A model generated the notes under the pieces. The model did not search any database. It worked only from the letters and a program-made list of their open reading frames with translations, and was not told the origin of the DNA. Below, one piece after another: positions 19,116 through 29,608 of a DNA stretch of 64,000 nucleotides. Every line of letters starts with the position of its first letter. Position 1 is the first letter of the stretch. The position numbers and the translations under genes were made by a program. Origin of the DNA: an uncultured archaeon (GTDB lineage: Archaea; Thermoplasmatota; Thermoplasmata; Thermoplasmatales; Thermoplasmataceae); assembly GCA_000965745.1 (NCBI GenBank), contig CP009479.1:1728001-1792000 (forward strand), written 5' to 3'.

Positions 19116-20294
19116 TCAGCTGGAAGACTTTCCCGGCATAACTGCATTTAAGGCCTCTGCTATTTTGAGCATCTTGCTGTCGTCCCCGGGAGCTCCGCTC
19201 ACCATCAGTCCAGTCGGAAGACCGCTGGCGAATCCTGATGGAATGGATATCGATGGGGCACCCACGACGTTGAAGAGTTCCGTGTTCCTGATCAGGCTTT
19301 CCCTGTAATTTTCCTCATTACCGATAACGTCAAGTATCCTGGGCGCGGTAATGGTGGTTGTCTGCGAAACGATGACATCGTAGTCATACATGACCTCGTT
19401 GAACTGGGCAACCATCTCCTTTCTCAGGGACAGTGCCTCATCATAATCGCTCTTCTCAATACCACTCCCAGACTGCAGAACATTCCTCACATCGGGAAAA
19501 TAATCGCATGCGTGATCCTTCAGCATATCCTTGTGTGCTTCATACCCGTCCCTTGCGGACACAAGCCTCCTGACCCTGTTGCCTTCCTTCTCCAGAAGAG
19601 GTATATTGGCATATTCCGCCGTGGTCCTGCCACTCCCGGACCTGACTTTGTCGAGGAAGGACGAGAAATTCATATCACGCGATTCCCCGAGGATCCCGAT
19701 CTTTATCCCGTCCGAGCTCCAGTCCATATCCTCTATGTTTGGGAATAATTCCCTGGCAACCCATTTCAGGGTCGTAAAGTCCCTGGTGATGAGGCCGGTT
19801 GTTTCCATTATGTCTGAGAATGGAATTTCAGAATCGCTCCTGGCATACATGTTTGACGGCTTGTAGCCAATCACGCCGCAGAGGGAAGCCGGGATGCGTA
19901 TTGATCCACCTGTGTCTGTTCCCACGCCTACATCAACGTAGCCAGCCGCCACTGCAGCAGCCGATCCTCCCGATGATCCCCCGCAGATCCTGTCCATGTC
20001 GAACGGGTTCCTGCATGGCCCCATCACGGAGGATGTGCTGGTTGCACCGACCCCGAATTCATGAAGGTTTGTCTTCCCGGAAATTTCACCACCGTTGAAG
20101 AGGATTGTCTGGGCAGTTTTTGAGTGTTTATCGGCAACATGGTTGAGCATTACCCTAGAACCGGAAGTGCACCTCATGCCCTTTACCGGTATGGAGTCCT
20201 TTATCCCGAAAGTCATCCCGTTGAGGGAGCCTGAATCCCTTTCCTTCACCGATTCTATCGAAATGAAAGAGTTTGTAATGTCCCTTACACCCAT
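19116..20294 (-). CDS. Amidase-signature family amidase
   Basis: GIKD, GKTNLHEF, GGSSGGSAAAV, GTDTGGSIRIPASLCGV.GYKPS. Confidence 0.92.
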   Translation of the reverse strand: MGVRDITNSFISIESVKERDSGSLNGMTFGIKDSIPVKGMRCTSGSRVMLNHVADKHSKTAQTILFNGGEISGKTNLHEFGVGATSTSSVMGPCRNPFDMDRICGGSSGGSAAAVAAGYVDVGVGTDTGGSIRIPASLCGVIGYKPSNMYARSDSEIPFSDIMETTGLITRDFTTLKWVARELFPNIEDMDWSSDGIKIGILGESRDMNFSSFLDKVRSGSGRTTAEYANIPLLEKEGNRVRRLVSARDGYEAHKDMLKDHACDYFPDVRNVLQSGSGIEKSDYDEALSLRKEMVAQFNEVMYDYDVIVSQTTTITAPRILDVIGNEENYRESLIRNTELFNVVGAPSISIPSGFASGLPTGLMVSGAPGDDSKMLKIAEALNAVMPGKSSS

Positions 20295-20362
20295 GGCGAT
20301 CTATCAACGACTGGACAATGATTAATTTTGTGTAATCTAGACAACCATGCAAAAAGGTGTTT

Positions 20363-20386
20363 AAAAGAAATAAAAAATAAAAAAAA
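20363..20386 (-). terminator. T-tract terminator after second SBP gene
   Basis: A-runs on + (aaaagaaataaaaaataaaaaaaa) immediately downstream of the stop. Confidence 0.5.
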
Positions 20387-23182
20387 TTAGTTGTAGGAAA
20401 GGTAGTTGTAGAAGTAACTACCTGTTCCTGCAATCAGCGGGTTGTCGTTCCACTGAGTTATGGACTGTGAGTCCACGTGGGAGTTGACAACCCTGTTTAC
20501 AACACTCTGGTATAGGTATATGTCCATGGTCATGTTCACCAGTTCTTCGTTCATCCTGTGGAAGTATTTCTCACGTACTGCCTGGTTGCTGGATGCTGTC
20601 GCGTTGTTGTAGTATGACTGCATGTCTGTCAGGTGCTGTGCCTGTGCTGCATATCCGAGGTTATTCGGATTGGAGAGGTTTCCTCCGCCCATCCATCCCG
20701 GAGACATGTAAGTCTGGAATGAAAGGGAGAGGGATGGATATGCAAGCGGCCCAAGGTTGGACGACGGAGTCGTCAGTGAAGGTATCCAGTTGCCCGGGTA
20801 TATTGTCATCGGGTTCTGGCCATTCACGGACAGTGAAAGCCATTCCGGGAATGAAATCTTCACTATTGTCAGCTTGACACCGGGTATGACGTTCTGAAGG
20901 CTGGTCTGCCACGTGCTGATTGCAATTGGCGTGGAGAAATCATTCTTCAGGACGAATACAGGTATGTCAAGAGTCTGGCCGTTGTAAGTTGTAACTCCGT
21001 TTTGTACAGCTATGTTGACCTTGGCGGCATCACTGCTCATGAACTGGTCCCAGTACGTCTTCGCAAGCTGCAGGTTGAAGTAGGGCACATTTCCATTGGT
21101 CGTGCTGTTGAGGTCGGATATGCTCTGGGAGAATCCCATTCCCTGCTCCAGGAAGCCGGCGAATCTCTTGCCCACCTGAAGGTTGGGGTAAGCCGGGTTT
21201 CCGAGCTGGTGCGACAGGTAGTACTTGTAGTTGAACGAATACGCGAACGCCTTCCTTACGCTGTGGTTCGTGAACAGGTTGAATGGAAGGTTGGCCTTCG
21301 ATGTGTATGACTTGTGCAGGAATGATATGTTTATGTTTGTGTTGAAGTTGAACCAGTATATGGCAGGCGTAACAAGGCTCAGTACCTTGACTTTGCCCTG
21401 GTTCTGCATGTTCACAACGGAGCTCCAGTCTGATGTCGGCATCTGGCCTGACTGGGACTGGTTGGACTGAAGCATCAGTGAAATCGTGGACGGTGAGCTT
21501 ACGTAGTCAATGATTATCTTGCTTATCTTTGCCTTGGGGAACCAGGGACCCGGTGAAACGAAGTTCGGGTTTGATACCAGGACAATCTGCGATCCGGGTA
21601 TGACGTATGCAATCTTGTAAGGACCGTCGGACAGCACATGGTTTTCAACGTATGTATTGTAGTGTGGTGCGTTTCCCTGCTGTTCATAGTTCTTGAATCC
21701 TTTCGGAGTCCATGTTATTCCTGCTCCATGCGCCTGCAGCCAGTTTGCGCTTGTCACCTGGCTTCCATAGTTGTCGAAAGTCTGGAACACAAGGTTCGGG
21801 GACTCAGGCTGCTGGAAGTGGAACGAGATTGAATTGGTCGCGTTGTCCACAGTCATGTTGTTTGTTATGTTGTAGAACGTGTTCGTCTTGAGGTAATTGC
21901 CAGGCAGCATCAGCGGCGCCTGTATGTAAGCGGGCGTTGTCGGGGAGCCTCCTGCGAAGAGCAGTGTCCTTGTGAGTGAATACATTACGTCCCATGCTGT
22001 CACCGGCTGGCCGTTCTGCCATTTTGTGTTGTTGCTGATGTAGAACGTGTAGTTCTCATAGGGCTTCAGGTGCACCGTGTACGAAACGCCTGAAGGTGTC
22101 ATTTCGGTGTAGTTCTTTGTGTTGTTGTTGATCATGCCATTTGCAGTTGTTGGAAGCGCTGTTGCAAGCATGGGCTTGAACGTGTTCTCGCTCGATCCGT
22201 TAAACATGACAAGCTGCTGGTATGTATTCATCAGAAGCTCGTAGCTGACCGTGTCGAATACGGTTGCGGGGTCAAGCTTGGAATAACCGCCATTCTCAAG
22301 TTCGGCGTTAACAAGCACCGTTCCGCCGGTCTGTGTCATTACGCTTGCCTTCTGGAACACTGCAACATCGACATAGTATGTGGTGTTGTACTCATTTGCC
22401 TTGTCCAGAGCTCCCGTGGTGCTGTTAAGCATGGGTGCGGTCGTCGTTATTACCTTAAGCGAATACACTCCCTGTTTCAGGCCCGATACGTTCAGGAAGG
22501 AATTCCCCTCGTTGAGTATGTATCCACCCGCTGAACTGTTGAAACTGTATGCGTAGGTATCGTTCTTCACGACCGTTGTGTTCTGGATGATTGACACTTC
22601 CTGGGATATTACCTGGTAAGTCTTGTTTGCAGGCGGCGTGTAATATCCTATCCCGAAGGAAACGTGTGAGCCCGGTGAAAACACGTATGAGTTGTTCACA
22701 AGTTCACTCGATGACGAAGCCCTGTTCAATGTCAGAAGGCCAACGGACTCCTGGGGAGGCTGGGATGTCTGTGTAGCTTCAACGGGTATCAGATTGTTCG
22801 CTCCCGAATAAACCGATCCGCTGTAGTTCACCCTGTAATATATAAAATAATTTCCAGGTGCATTGTAAACGTGTGTTACGTTTAGGTCAGTAGTTCCATT
22901 GAAAGCAAATGTGTGAGAAGAACCGTCCCCGAAGTAAACCTGTACCGAGGAGAAATCCTTCTTCGTGTTTAGCAGGAAGCTGTAGGCACTGCCTACACTG
23001 ACTACCTGCTGTGCGTTAGTGACCGAAGGTGTCGCTGTGTTGTTTCTATTATGTGTTACTATTGCCAGTATCGAAAGACCTGAGACTATTACTATTACGG
23101 CCAAAATGATGGCCAATCTCTTCTTCCTGTTTGGATTCCCGTGGGAAAGTACTGGCTCGTTACTAGAGTCGTTTTTTTCCAT
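20387..23182 (-). CDS. Second family 5 ABC substrate-binding protein with TM anchor and PKD domain (paralogue of 10327..13122)
   Basis: VYFGDG PKD, KLDPA, NGQPVTAWDVMYSLTR, DGPYKI, VRKAFAYSF; long blocks shared with SBP1, e.g. NTFYNITNNMTV and HGAGI.W.P.GFKNY. Confidence 0.9.
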   Translation of the reverse strand: MEKNDSSNEPVLSHGNPNRKKRLAIILAVIVIVSGLSILAIVTHNRNNTATPSVTNAQQVVSVGSAYSFLLNTKKDFSSVQVYFGDGSSHTFAFNGTTDLNVTHVYNAPGNYFIYYRVNYSGSVYSGANNLIPVEATQTSQPPQESVGLLTLNRASSSSELVNNSYVFSPGSHVSFGIGYYTPPANKTYQVISQEVSIIQNTTVVKNDTYAYSFNSSAGGYILNEGNSFLNVSGLKQGVYSLKVITTTAPMLNSTTGALDKANEYNTTYYVDVAVFQKASVMTQTGGTVLVNAELENGGYSKLDPATVFDTVSYELLMNTYQQLVMFNGSSENTFKPMLATALPTTANGMINNNTKNYTEMTPSGVSYTVHLKPYENYTFYISNNTKWQNGQPVTAWDVMYSLTRTLLFAGGSPTTPAYIQAPLMLPGNYLKTNTFYNITNNMTVDNATNSISFHFQQPESPNLVFQTFDNYGSQVTSANWLQAHGAGITWTPKGFKNYEQQGNAPHYNTYVENHVLSDGPYKIAYVIPGSQIVLVSNPNFVSPGPWFPKAKISKIIIDYVSSPSTISLMLQSNQSQSGQMPTSDWSSVVNMQNQGKVKVLSLVTPAIYWFNFNTNINISFLHKSYTSKANLPFNLFTNHSVRKAFAYSFNYKYYLSHQLGNPAYPNLQVGKRFAGFLEQGMGFSQSISDLNSTTNGNVPYFNLQLAKTYWDQFMSSDAAKVNIAVQNGVTTYNGQTLDIPVFVLKNDFSTPIAISTWQTSLQNVIPGVKLTIVKISFPEWLSLSVNGQNPMTIYPGNWIPSLTTPSSNLGPLAYPSLSLSFQTYMSPGWMGGGNLSNPNNLGYAAQAQHLTDMQSYYNNATASSNQAVREKYFHRMNEELVNMTMDIYLYQSVVNRVVNSHVDSQSITQWNDNPLIAGTGSYFYNYLSYN

Positions 23183-23412
23183 AGTATTTCACCAAACAAA
23201 ATCGGAGAAACATAATACCATTCAATAAGTAATTTGTCCTCAAAACAAATTTTTGGTATTTTACTCATTAATTTAAATACTATATCGGATAAATTTATTA
23301 TATACATTTAAGTAAGGGGTAAGAAAATTGTAGAATTGACAATCCCGTTTTATGTTTCCCGAATAAAAGATAAACAGACATTTTGAAATAAAAGGTAGCC
23401 GATCCATGACGT

Positions 23413-24609
23413 ATGTCTCAATTAAGCCTGAACAAGGAAGTGGTAGATTATCTGATCAAGGCAAGAAGACACCTGCACCAGTATCCGGAACTGAGTTTCG
23501 AGGAGCACAGGACAGCGGAATATGTTGAAAGAGAACTGGATTCAATGGGCATCCCGCACAGGAGAATGGCCAAAACAGGTGTGGTGGCAGATATCATGGG
23601 AAAGGAAAAAGGTCCCACAGTGGCACTCAGGGGCGATATGGATGCACTTCCGGTAGAGGAGGACAGTGATCTTCCATTCAAGTCAAAGAACAAAGGGAAG
23701 ATGCATGCCTGCGGACATGATCTGCATACAGCAACGATACTCGCAATAGCAAAGCAGCTTGTTGACAGCAACCTCCCCGTCAGCGGGAATGTCAGGCTCA
23801 TATTCCAGCCGAGTGAAGAGCATGCTCCCGGCGGAGCGCTAAGAATGGTTGAGGAGGGAGTAATGCAGGGCGTTGATTATGTTCTGGGGCAGCACACACA
23901 TCCTAGGATGGAAGCGGGGAAGGTCGGCCTTTACCCGTCAACGATGATGGCCTACACCGATGACTTTTATGTTGAGATAACTGGATCAGGGGGGCATGCA
24001 GGCTATCCTCAGGAAGCGCCGAACCTGGTTCTTCTTGCAGCACAGTTCATTGATACTGTCCAGTCCATAATCTCGGTCGGGAAGGATCCTTTTGACCCTG
24101 CGGTAGTGTCGTTCTGCACCATACATGGCGGGGAAAAGGAGAATATAATCGCCAGGAACATCAAGATCGGCGGGACAATAAGGACTCTTAACCTGAAAAC
24201 AAGGGAGACGATAATGAAGCGCATGGAGACTATGCTGGCAGGAATATGCAATACCTTTGGCGCGGAGTACACCATCGCCCTGGAAGAAGGTTATCCGGCT
24301 CTGACAAATGACCGGGAGGTGACTGGCATTCTTGGCGAAGTGGCAAAAGAGCTTCTTGGTGAAGAGAATGTTTCCTATCCCCTGCCCGACCTTGGCGGGG
24401 AGGACTTCGCCTACTTCACTCAGAAGGTCCCCGGAACCTACTACTATCTCGGTGTCGGAAGAAAGGAGGGAAACGATGACAACATATGGCACAGCCCCAC
24501 ATTCTTCATAAATGAGGAGGCACTGGAAATCGGCGCAACCCTCCTGTACAGGACTGCAATGAAGCTCCTGGAGAAAGAGGGTGCCGAGGGCGGTGGAAGA
24601 ATTGCATAA
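23413..24609 (+). CDS. M20 family amidohydrolase (Acy1/M20D type)
   Basis: RRHLHQYPELSFEE, RGDMDALP, MHACGHD, FQPSEE, GGHAG, GEDF, HSP. Confidence 0.92.
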   Translation: MSQLSLNKEVVDYLIKARRHLHQYPELSFEEHRTAEYVERELDSMGIPHRRMAKTGVVADIMGKEKGPTVALRGDMDALPVEEDSDLPFKSKNKGKMHACGHDLHTATILAIAKQLVDSNLPVSGNVRLIFQPSEEHAPGGALRMVEEGVMQGVDYVLGQHTHPRMEAGKVGLYPSTMMAYTDDFYVEITGSGGHAGYPQEAPNLVLLAAQFIDTVQSIISVGKDPFDPAVVSFCTIHGGEKENIIARNIKIGGTIRTLNLKTRETIMKRMETMLAGICNTFGAEYTIALEEGYPALTNDREVTGILGEVAKELLGEENVSYPLPDLGGEDFAYFTQKVPGTYYYLGVGRKEGNDDNIWHSPTFFINEEALEIGATLLYRTAMKLLEKEGAEGGGRIA

Positions 24610-25792
24610 ATTCCCGAAGGAAGAGTATCTTGAAAGGATTGAGAAGCTCATGGGACTGATGGAAGAGAAGGGCGTTGACTCAGTTTACCTCTCTTCCGGG
24701 ATATCATTCGCATATTTCACGGGTTTTGCCTATCTGGCGACTGAAAGGCCGGCGTGCATGATAATAACCAAGAAGGGGGGCATCACCTTCATGGGGCCCT
24801 CCGTGGAGAAGGACCACCTTTTCAGCCAGACCGATCTTGTATCTGAAATCAGGACCTATCTCGACTACCCCGGGGATGAGCACCCGGAGGTGCTGTTCTC
24901 AAGGTGGATAAAGGAACTGAAACTGCCTTCAAGGATGGGTGTTGAATCCATGCAGTTCTACCCGTCCGCATATGGGTATGAAGGCCCAGAGATCAGGGAA
25001 GGGCTGCCAGATCTCACATTGGTGCCAATGGGGAGTGATATCTACAGGCTAAGGAGGATCAAGAGCGACAATGAGATTGAGGCCATAAGGGAGACCATAA
25101 AATGGGGCAATCTTGCACACACCTACCTGCAGGACTACTCCGCAGATAGAAGATACGAATTCGAGGTTTCAGTTGAAGCATCCCTTGAGGCATCGATCGC
25201 AATGAAGAGAACTCTCGGGAAGAGCTACACGCAGAAGAGGTTCCTCAGCACTCCAGTTGAAGCGGTCTTCATGGGCCAGCTTGGAGAGCATTCCGCATAT
25301 CCGCACTCAATCAGTGCAGACAGGCCCATGAAACATGGCGATATTCTCGGAACGTGGGCATACGCCGATGTTGAAGGCTATTTCTCGGAACTGGAGAGGA
25401 ACATGTTCCTCGGGGAGCCTGATCCCAAAACATACGAGTTTCACCAGCTTCTCCTCAAGCTCCAGCAGACAGCCTTCGATGCAATAGTTCCAGGCGCCAG
25501 GGGATCTGACGTCGACAGGGCGGTCCATAAATTTGCGAAGGATCACGACCTTGAAAAATACCTGAGGCACCATTCCGGCCATAACATAGGACTGGAGATG
25601 CACGAGGCACCTTTCCTTGATGTGGGCGACCACACGCCGATCATGCCGGGAATGGTTTTCAGCGTGGAACCGGGGATCTATGTGCCAAAGCTTGGTGGAT
25701 TCAGGCATTCAGACACAGTAGCAATGAGGGAGGATGGCCCTGAAATACTGACCTACTACCCGAGGGAGACGGTGGAACTGATTATAGAATAG
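24581..25792 (+). CDS. M24 Xaa-Pro peptidase/creatinase-fold protein
   Basis: Creatinase-like N-domain, RRIKSDNEI, YPH, GYFSELER, HHSGHNIGLEMHEAP, SVEPGIY, GFRHSDT; start uncertain. Confidence 0.85.
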   Translation: MPRAVEELHKFPKEEYLERIEKLMGLMEEKGVDSVYLSSGISFAYFTGFAYLATERPACMIITKKGGITFMGPSVEKDHLFSQTDLVSEIRTYLDYPGDEHPEVLFSRWIKELKLPSRMGVESMQFYPSAYGYEGPEIREGLPDLTLVPMGSDIYRLRRIKSDNEIEAIRETIKWGNLAHTYLQDYSADRRYEFEVSVEASLEASIAMKRTLGKSYTQKRFLSTPVEAVFMGQLGEHSAYPHSISADRPMKHGDILGTWAYADVEGYFSELERNMFLGEPDPKTYEFHQLLLKLQQTAFDAIVPGARGSDVDRAVHKFAKDHDLEKYLRHHSGHNIGLEMHEAPFLDVGDHTPIMPGMVFSVEPGIYVPKLGGFRHSDTVAMREDGPEILTYYPRETVELIIE

Positions 25793-25831
25793 ACTGAGCA
25801 CCCATCACCTTATTTCTGATTGTATGCGACT

Positions 25832-27388
25832 TCATTCTGCACCGTAGCCGCCACCGCCCGGGGTCTCAACAACAACTTCATCACCGGGCATGAGGGTTGT
25901 GGTGAACTTCCCGGGCATATCTTCAATCTTTCCATCCCTTATTATCCTGATTCTTGAACCCTCTCCGGCGGTTCCCCCCTCAAGCCCCCATGGCCTGGTC
26001 CTGAACCTTTCCCCGATCACTGACAGGGAACATTCCTCCGTTACCCTGAATGACCTTACTATGCCATCTCCTCCCCTGTATCTTCCTGAACCGCCACTTC
26101 TTTCCCTGAGATTGTTCGAAGTGAAAACAAGCGGGTATTCCATCTCGGCAATCTCCACAGGTGTATTCAGCGTGTTAGTCATGTTGGAATGCACACCTGA
26201 GACTCCATTTCCTGAGGGCCTGGCACCAGACCCACCGCCAATGGTCTCGTAATAAGCCCAATAATCTCCGTTGCTCCTTCTTCCACCAAGCATTACGTTC
26301 ATCATGGTCCCTGAGGAAGCCGCCGGAACTGAACCTTCTAGGGCACTGCTCATTGCGAGCAGTACAACATCGGCCACACGCTGCGTCGTCTCGACATTCC
26401 CGCCACCCACTGCAAAAGGCTTGCCGGGATTGAGCAGCGATCCCTCAGGCGCAAAGAATTCCACAGTCTCGTAAAAGCCATGATTGGTGGGGATATCCGA
26501 ACCGATGAGGCTCCTTATCACAAAGGCAGTAGCAGAATATGCCACCCCCGGAACAGCATTGAGTGGCTTCCTGACCTGGCTGCTTGTGCCGGTGAAATCG
26601 GCCAGAACCCGGCCGTTACCGATTGAAACTCTTACCTTGAGGGGAATATTCTCCTCATCCAGTTCGAGGTAATCAACAGCCTCATAGACGCCTTCTGGCC
26701 ACCCTCCAATCTCCTTTTCCGCAAGTTCCCTGGAGTGCCCGACTGCCTGTGACCAGGCATCAAGGACATTTCCCTCGCCAAAACGCTTGAAGAGGGAGAC
26801 CACCCTGTTTATTCCCATCCTGCTGGCAGCCATCTGGGCGTTAACATCACCCACAGCAGTAAGCGGGTCCTTGAAATTCTCCCTTATGATCGACAATATT
26901 TCATTGTCCAGGATTCCACGCTTCAGGATCTTAACAGGGGGAATCACCATGCCTTCCTCATGAAGCGTTGCCGCCGATGGATTGAGGCTCCCGGGTATTG
27001 GGCCGCCCACATCCACATTATGCGCCTTGTTGATTACATACGCGAGCAGACGGTCATCAACGTAGACTGGCGCAATAACTGTAACATCATTGAGATGCGT
27101 TCCTGAGATATACGGGTCATTGAGGATAAGCATGTCTCCGTCATCAAGTGAAATTCTGTTCTTTTCCATCCACCTCATGATGTTTTCTGCGCCTATCTTG
27201 AATGATCCAAGATGCACGGGTATGTGTTCCGCCTGGGCCACAATCCTTCCCTGTAGGTCAAGGACAGCACAGCTGTGGTCCATTCTTTCCCTTATATTCG
27301 GTGATATGGCGGACCGCTTGAGTGCTATTCCCATTTCCTCTGCGATGAACTCAGTTGCCTTTCCTATCAGTTCCCATTTCACGCCCAT
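25832..27388 (-). CDS. Hydantoinase B / 5-oxoprolinase subunit
   Basis: SPNIRERMDHSC, HIPVHLGS, NDPYISGTHLND, GGNVETTQR, YYETIGGGSG, ETPGGGGYG. Confidence 0.93.
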   Translation of the reverse strand: MGVKWELIGKATEFIAEEMGIALKRSAISPNIRERMDHSCAVLDLQGRIVAQAEHIPVHLGSFKIGAENIMRWMEKNRISLDDGDMLILNDPYISGTHLNDVTVIAPVYVDDRLLAYVINKAHNVDVGGPIPGSLNPSAATLHEEGMVIPPVKILKRGILDNEILSIIRENFKDPLTAVGDVNAQMAASRMGINRVVSLFKRFGEGNVLDAWSQAVGHSRELAEKEIGGWPEGVYEAVDYLELDEENIPLKVRVSIGNGRVLADFTGTSSQVRKPLNAVPGVAYSATAFVIRSLIGSDIPTNHGFYETVEFFAPEGSLLNPGKPFAVGGGNVETTQRVADVVLLAMSSALEGSVPAASSGTMMNVMLGGRRSNGDYWAYYETIGGGSGARPSGNGVSGVHSNMTNTLNTPVEIAEMEYPLVFTSNNLRERSGGSGRYRGGDGIVRSFRVTEECSLSVIGERFRTRPWGLEGGTAGEGSRIRIIRDGKIEDMPGKFTTTLMPGDEVVVETPGGGGYGAE

Positions 27389-29358
27389 CCGTCATTCCTC
27401 CTGAGATTGATTTCCCCAATCGAGCCGGCTGATGCATTCCAACCCTCGGGAACAAAGGTTGACGAATCGTAATCATCTATTGCGCATGGACCACTTACAA
27501 CTTGATCCGGGGTCAAACCGGGCCTCGCATAGGTCATGAGTGAAATCTTCTCCCCTCTGATCACCGCGTCCCTCGAGGAAACCGGATTGCTTTCTGCAGG
27601 ATCTGCTGACAACCTTGGCTTCTTTCTTTCTATTACTGCAAAAACCCTGATCGTCACGATCTCAACCTCCCTTTCCAGGCTGAACCCGTAAGTCGAGAAA
27701 TGCAGCTTAATGAATGACTCTTCAATGCTCGGCCTCGACGCATCGGATACCACGACAGTCAGTTCAGATCCCTGGCCCCTGTACCTGCAGTCCGCATATC
27801 TGAGGAACCTGCTGCCGGGATGTTTTTCCGCCAGCTCCTGCTCGATATCTTGGAAACCACTTTCAGTATCTTGAGGGAATGGGCGCCTCGACTCATACCT
27901 CCAATCCGAGAACAGGAGGCCAAGCGCACTGAACACGCCGGGTTTTGGCGCTATAACCACTTTGGTTATGCCGAGCTCATCTGCTATTCGGGCGGCATGC
28001 TGTGGCCCAGCACCGCCGAAAGCCATCAATGTAAAATCGGAAGGGTCAAGTCCACGTTCAACAGTTACGATCCTTATTGCCCTCGCCATTTCAAGGTCTG
28101 CAAGGCTGATTGCTGATTCAGCAACTTCATACGGTTCCCCAAGGTCAGACAAACCTGAAATTGCATCCTGAAAGTCTAGTGACATCCGGCCTCCGAGCAG
28201 GCTGCTCCCGATCATCCCAAGCACAAGGTTTGCATCAGTGATTGTCGGTTCAGCACCACCTTTCCCGTAGCATATCGGGCCGGGCTCTGCGCCCGCACTT
28301 ACCGGTCCAATCTTCAATGCGCCTGCCCGATCCTTCCAAATGACAGTACCTCCGCCAGCTGAGACCTCAGCCAGGTCGACAAAGGGAAATCTCACCGGGT
28401 ATCCTGAGCCTTTGGTCATCCTCCCATGGTGTGACTTGCCGCCGACTTCATATTCAGATGTGATGGAAACCTCGCCATTGACCACAGTTCCAGCCTTTGC
28501 TGTGGTGCCTCCCATATCGAAACTTATAACATTGCCGAGCCGCAGGATCCTTGAAACTTCCGATGATGCAATGACTCCTGCAGCGGGGCCGGATTCCACG
28601 ATTTGGACCGGTCTTGAAAAGACCTCGTTGATTGAAACCAGGCCTCCTGAACTTGCCATGACACTTATGCCCGGAGAGCCAAAATCCACAAGCTTCTTTT
28701 CAAGATTCCTGATGTATCTGGAAACAATAGGCATGAGCGCGGCATTGACGACTGCGGTGGATGCCCTCTCATACTCCCTCTGCTCAGGCGATATATGGGA
28801 TGAGGTTGTGACATAGCTGAAATGTCGAGAAAGGACACTGTTAGCTTCCTCCTCATTGGTGTTATTCAGATACGAGTTGATGAATGATACTGCAATCGAA
28901 CCGGGAGGTTCCTTCTTTATCTCATCCGCCAATTTTTCAACATCCTCTGTTCTCAGTTTCTTTACAACTGCACCTTTTGAATCCACCCTCTCATCGATCT
29001 CGAATCTAAGGTTTCTCTGAACTATCTGCTTTGGCTTCTCGAAAAAAAGGTCATAGAGGTTTGGCCTGTTCTGCCTGCCTATTTCAACAACATCCCTGAA
29101 CCCTCTCGTGGAAAGTAAAGCCACCCTGGGAAGCTCAAGCCCATGCTGGCCAAGAAGCGCGTTGGTTGCGATGGTGGTAGCATGTATCAGGTTTTCTAAA
29201 TCTTGGCCGGCGTATTTTCCCAGCCCATTTGCCAATCCAACCTCAGGCTCTTTTGGAGTAGTAGGGACCTTGTAGTAACCTACAATCTCATTATTTTTCT
29301 GCAGGATAATGTCGGTGAATGTTCCGCCTATATCTACTGAGGCGGTAAAGCCTGCCAT
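27379..29358 (-). CDS. Hydantoinase A / 5-oxoprolinase ATP-binding subunit
   Basis: DIGGTFTD, HATTIATNALL, SGPAAG, DMGGTT, SAGAEPGPICYG, FGGAGP; start placed at MAGFTAS. Confidence 0.93.
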   Translation of the reverse strand: MAGFTASVDIGGTFTDIILQKNNEIVGYYKVPTTPKEPEVGLANGLGKYAGQDLENLIHATTIATNALLGQHGLELPRVALLSTRGFRDVVEIGRQNRPNLYDLFFEKPKQIVQRNLRFEIDERVDSKGAVVKKLRTEDVEKLADEIKKEPPGSIAVSFINSYLNNTNEEEANSVLSRHFSYVTTSSHISPEQREYERASTAVVNAALMPIVSRYIRNLEKKLVDFGSPGISVMASSGGLVSINEVFSRPVQIVESGPAAGVIASSEVSRILRLGNVISFDMGGTTAKAGTVVNGEVSITSEYEVGGKSHHGRMTKGSGYPVRFPFVDLAEVSAGGGTVIWKDRAGALKIGPVSAGAEPGPICYGKGGAEPTITDANLVLGMIGSSLLGGRMSLDFQDAISGLSDLGEPYEVAESAISLADLEMARAIRIVTVERGLDPSDFTLMAFGGAGPQHAARIADELGITKVVIAPKPGVFSALGLLFSDWRYESRRPFPQDTESGFQDIEQELAEKHPGSRFLRYADCRYRGQGSELTVVVSDASRPSIEESFIKLHFSTYGFSLEREVEIVTIRVFAVIERKKPRLSADPAESNPVSSRDAVIRGEKISLMTYARPGLTPDQVVSGPCAIDDYDSSTFVPEGWNASAGSIGEINLRRNDGWA

Positions 29359-29608
29359 GCCTGGAAAACGATGTTGCACTCTTTAATTTTGTTTTTTAAA
29401 TGGACGGTGGCCGTATTGTATTCGACGAAATGTCGGGGGATTATGGAACAGTCTTACCTGCAAATATATCCTGGTGTTCGTTATTTTGCTGCATCTGCGA
29501 TTTCTGGTTGTTTCTGGAAACGAAAAATTTCGTTCCTTCTTGCCGATATACTAAAGTATAGGTTCAAACGATTACCAATTATAGCCGGAGTGACAGCGGG
29601 TAAGTAGC

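Noticed and set aside
19116-20294. gatA (Glu-tRNA amidotransferase A)
   Set aside because: Short (392 aa), no gatB/gatC neighbours, and only the generic amidase signature is present.
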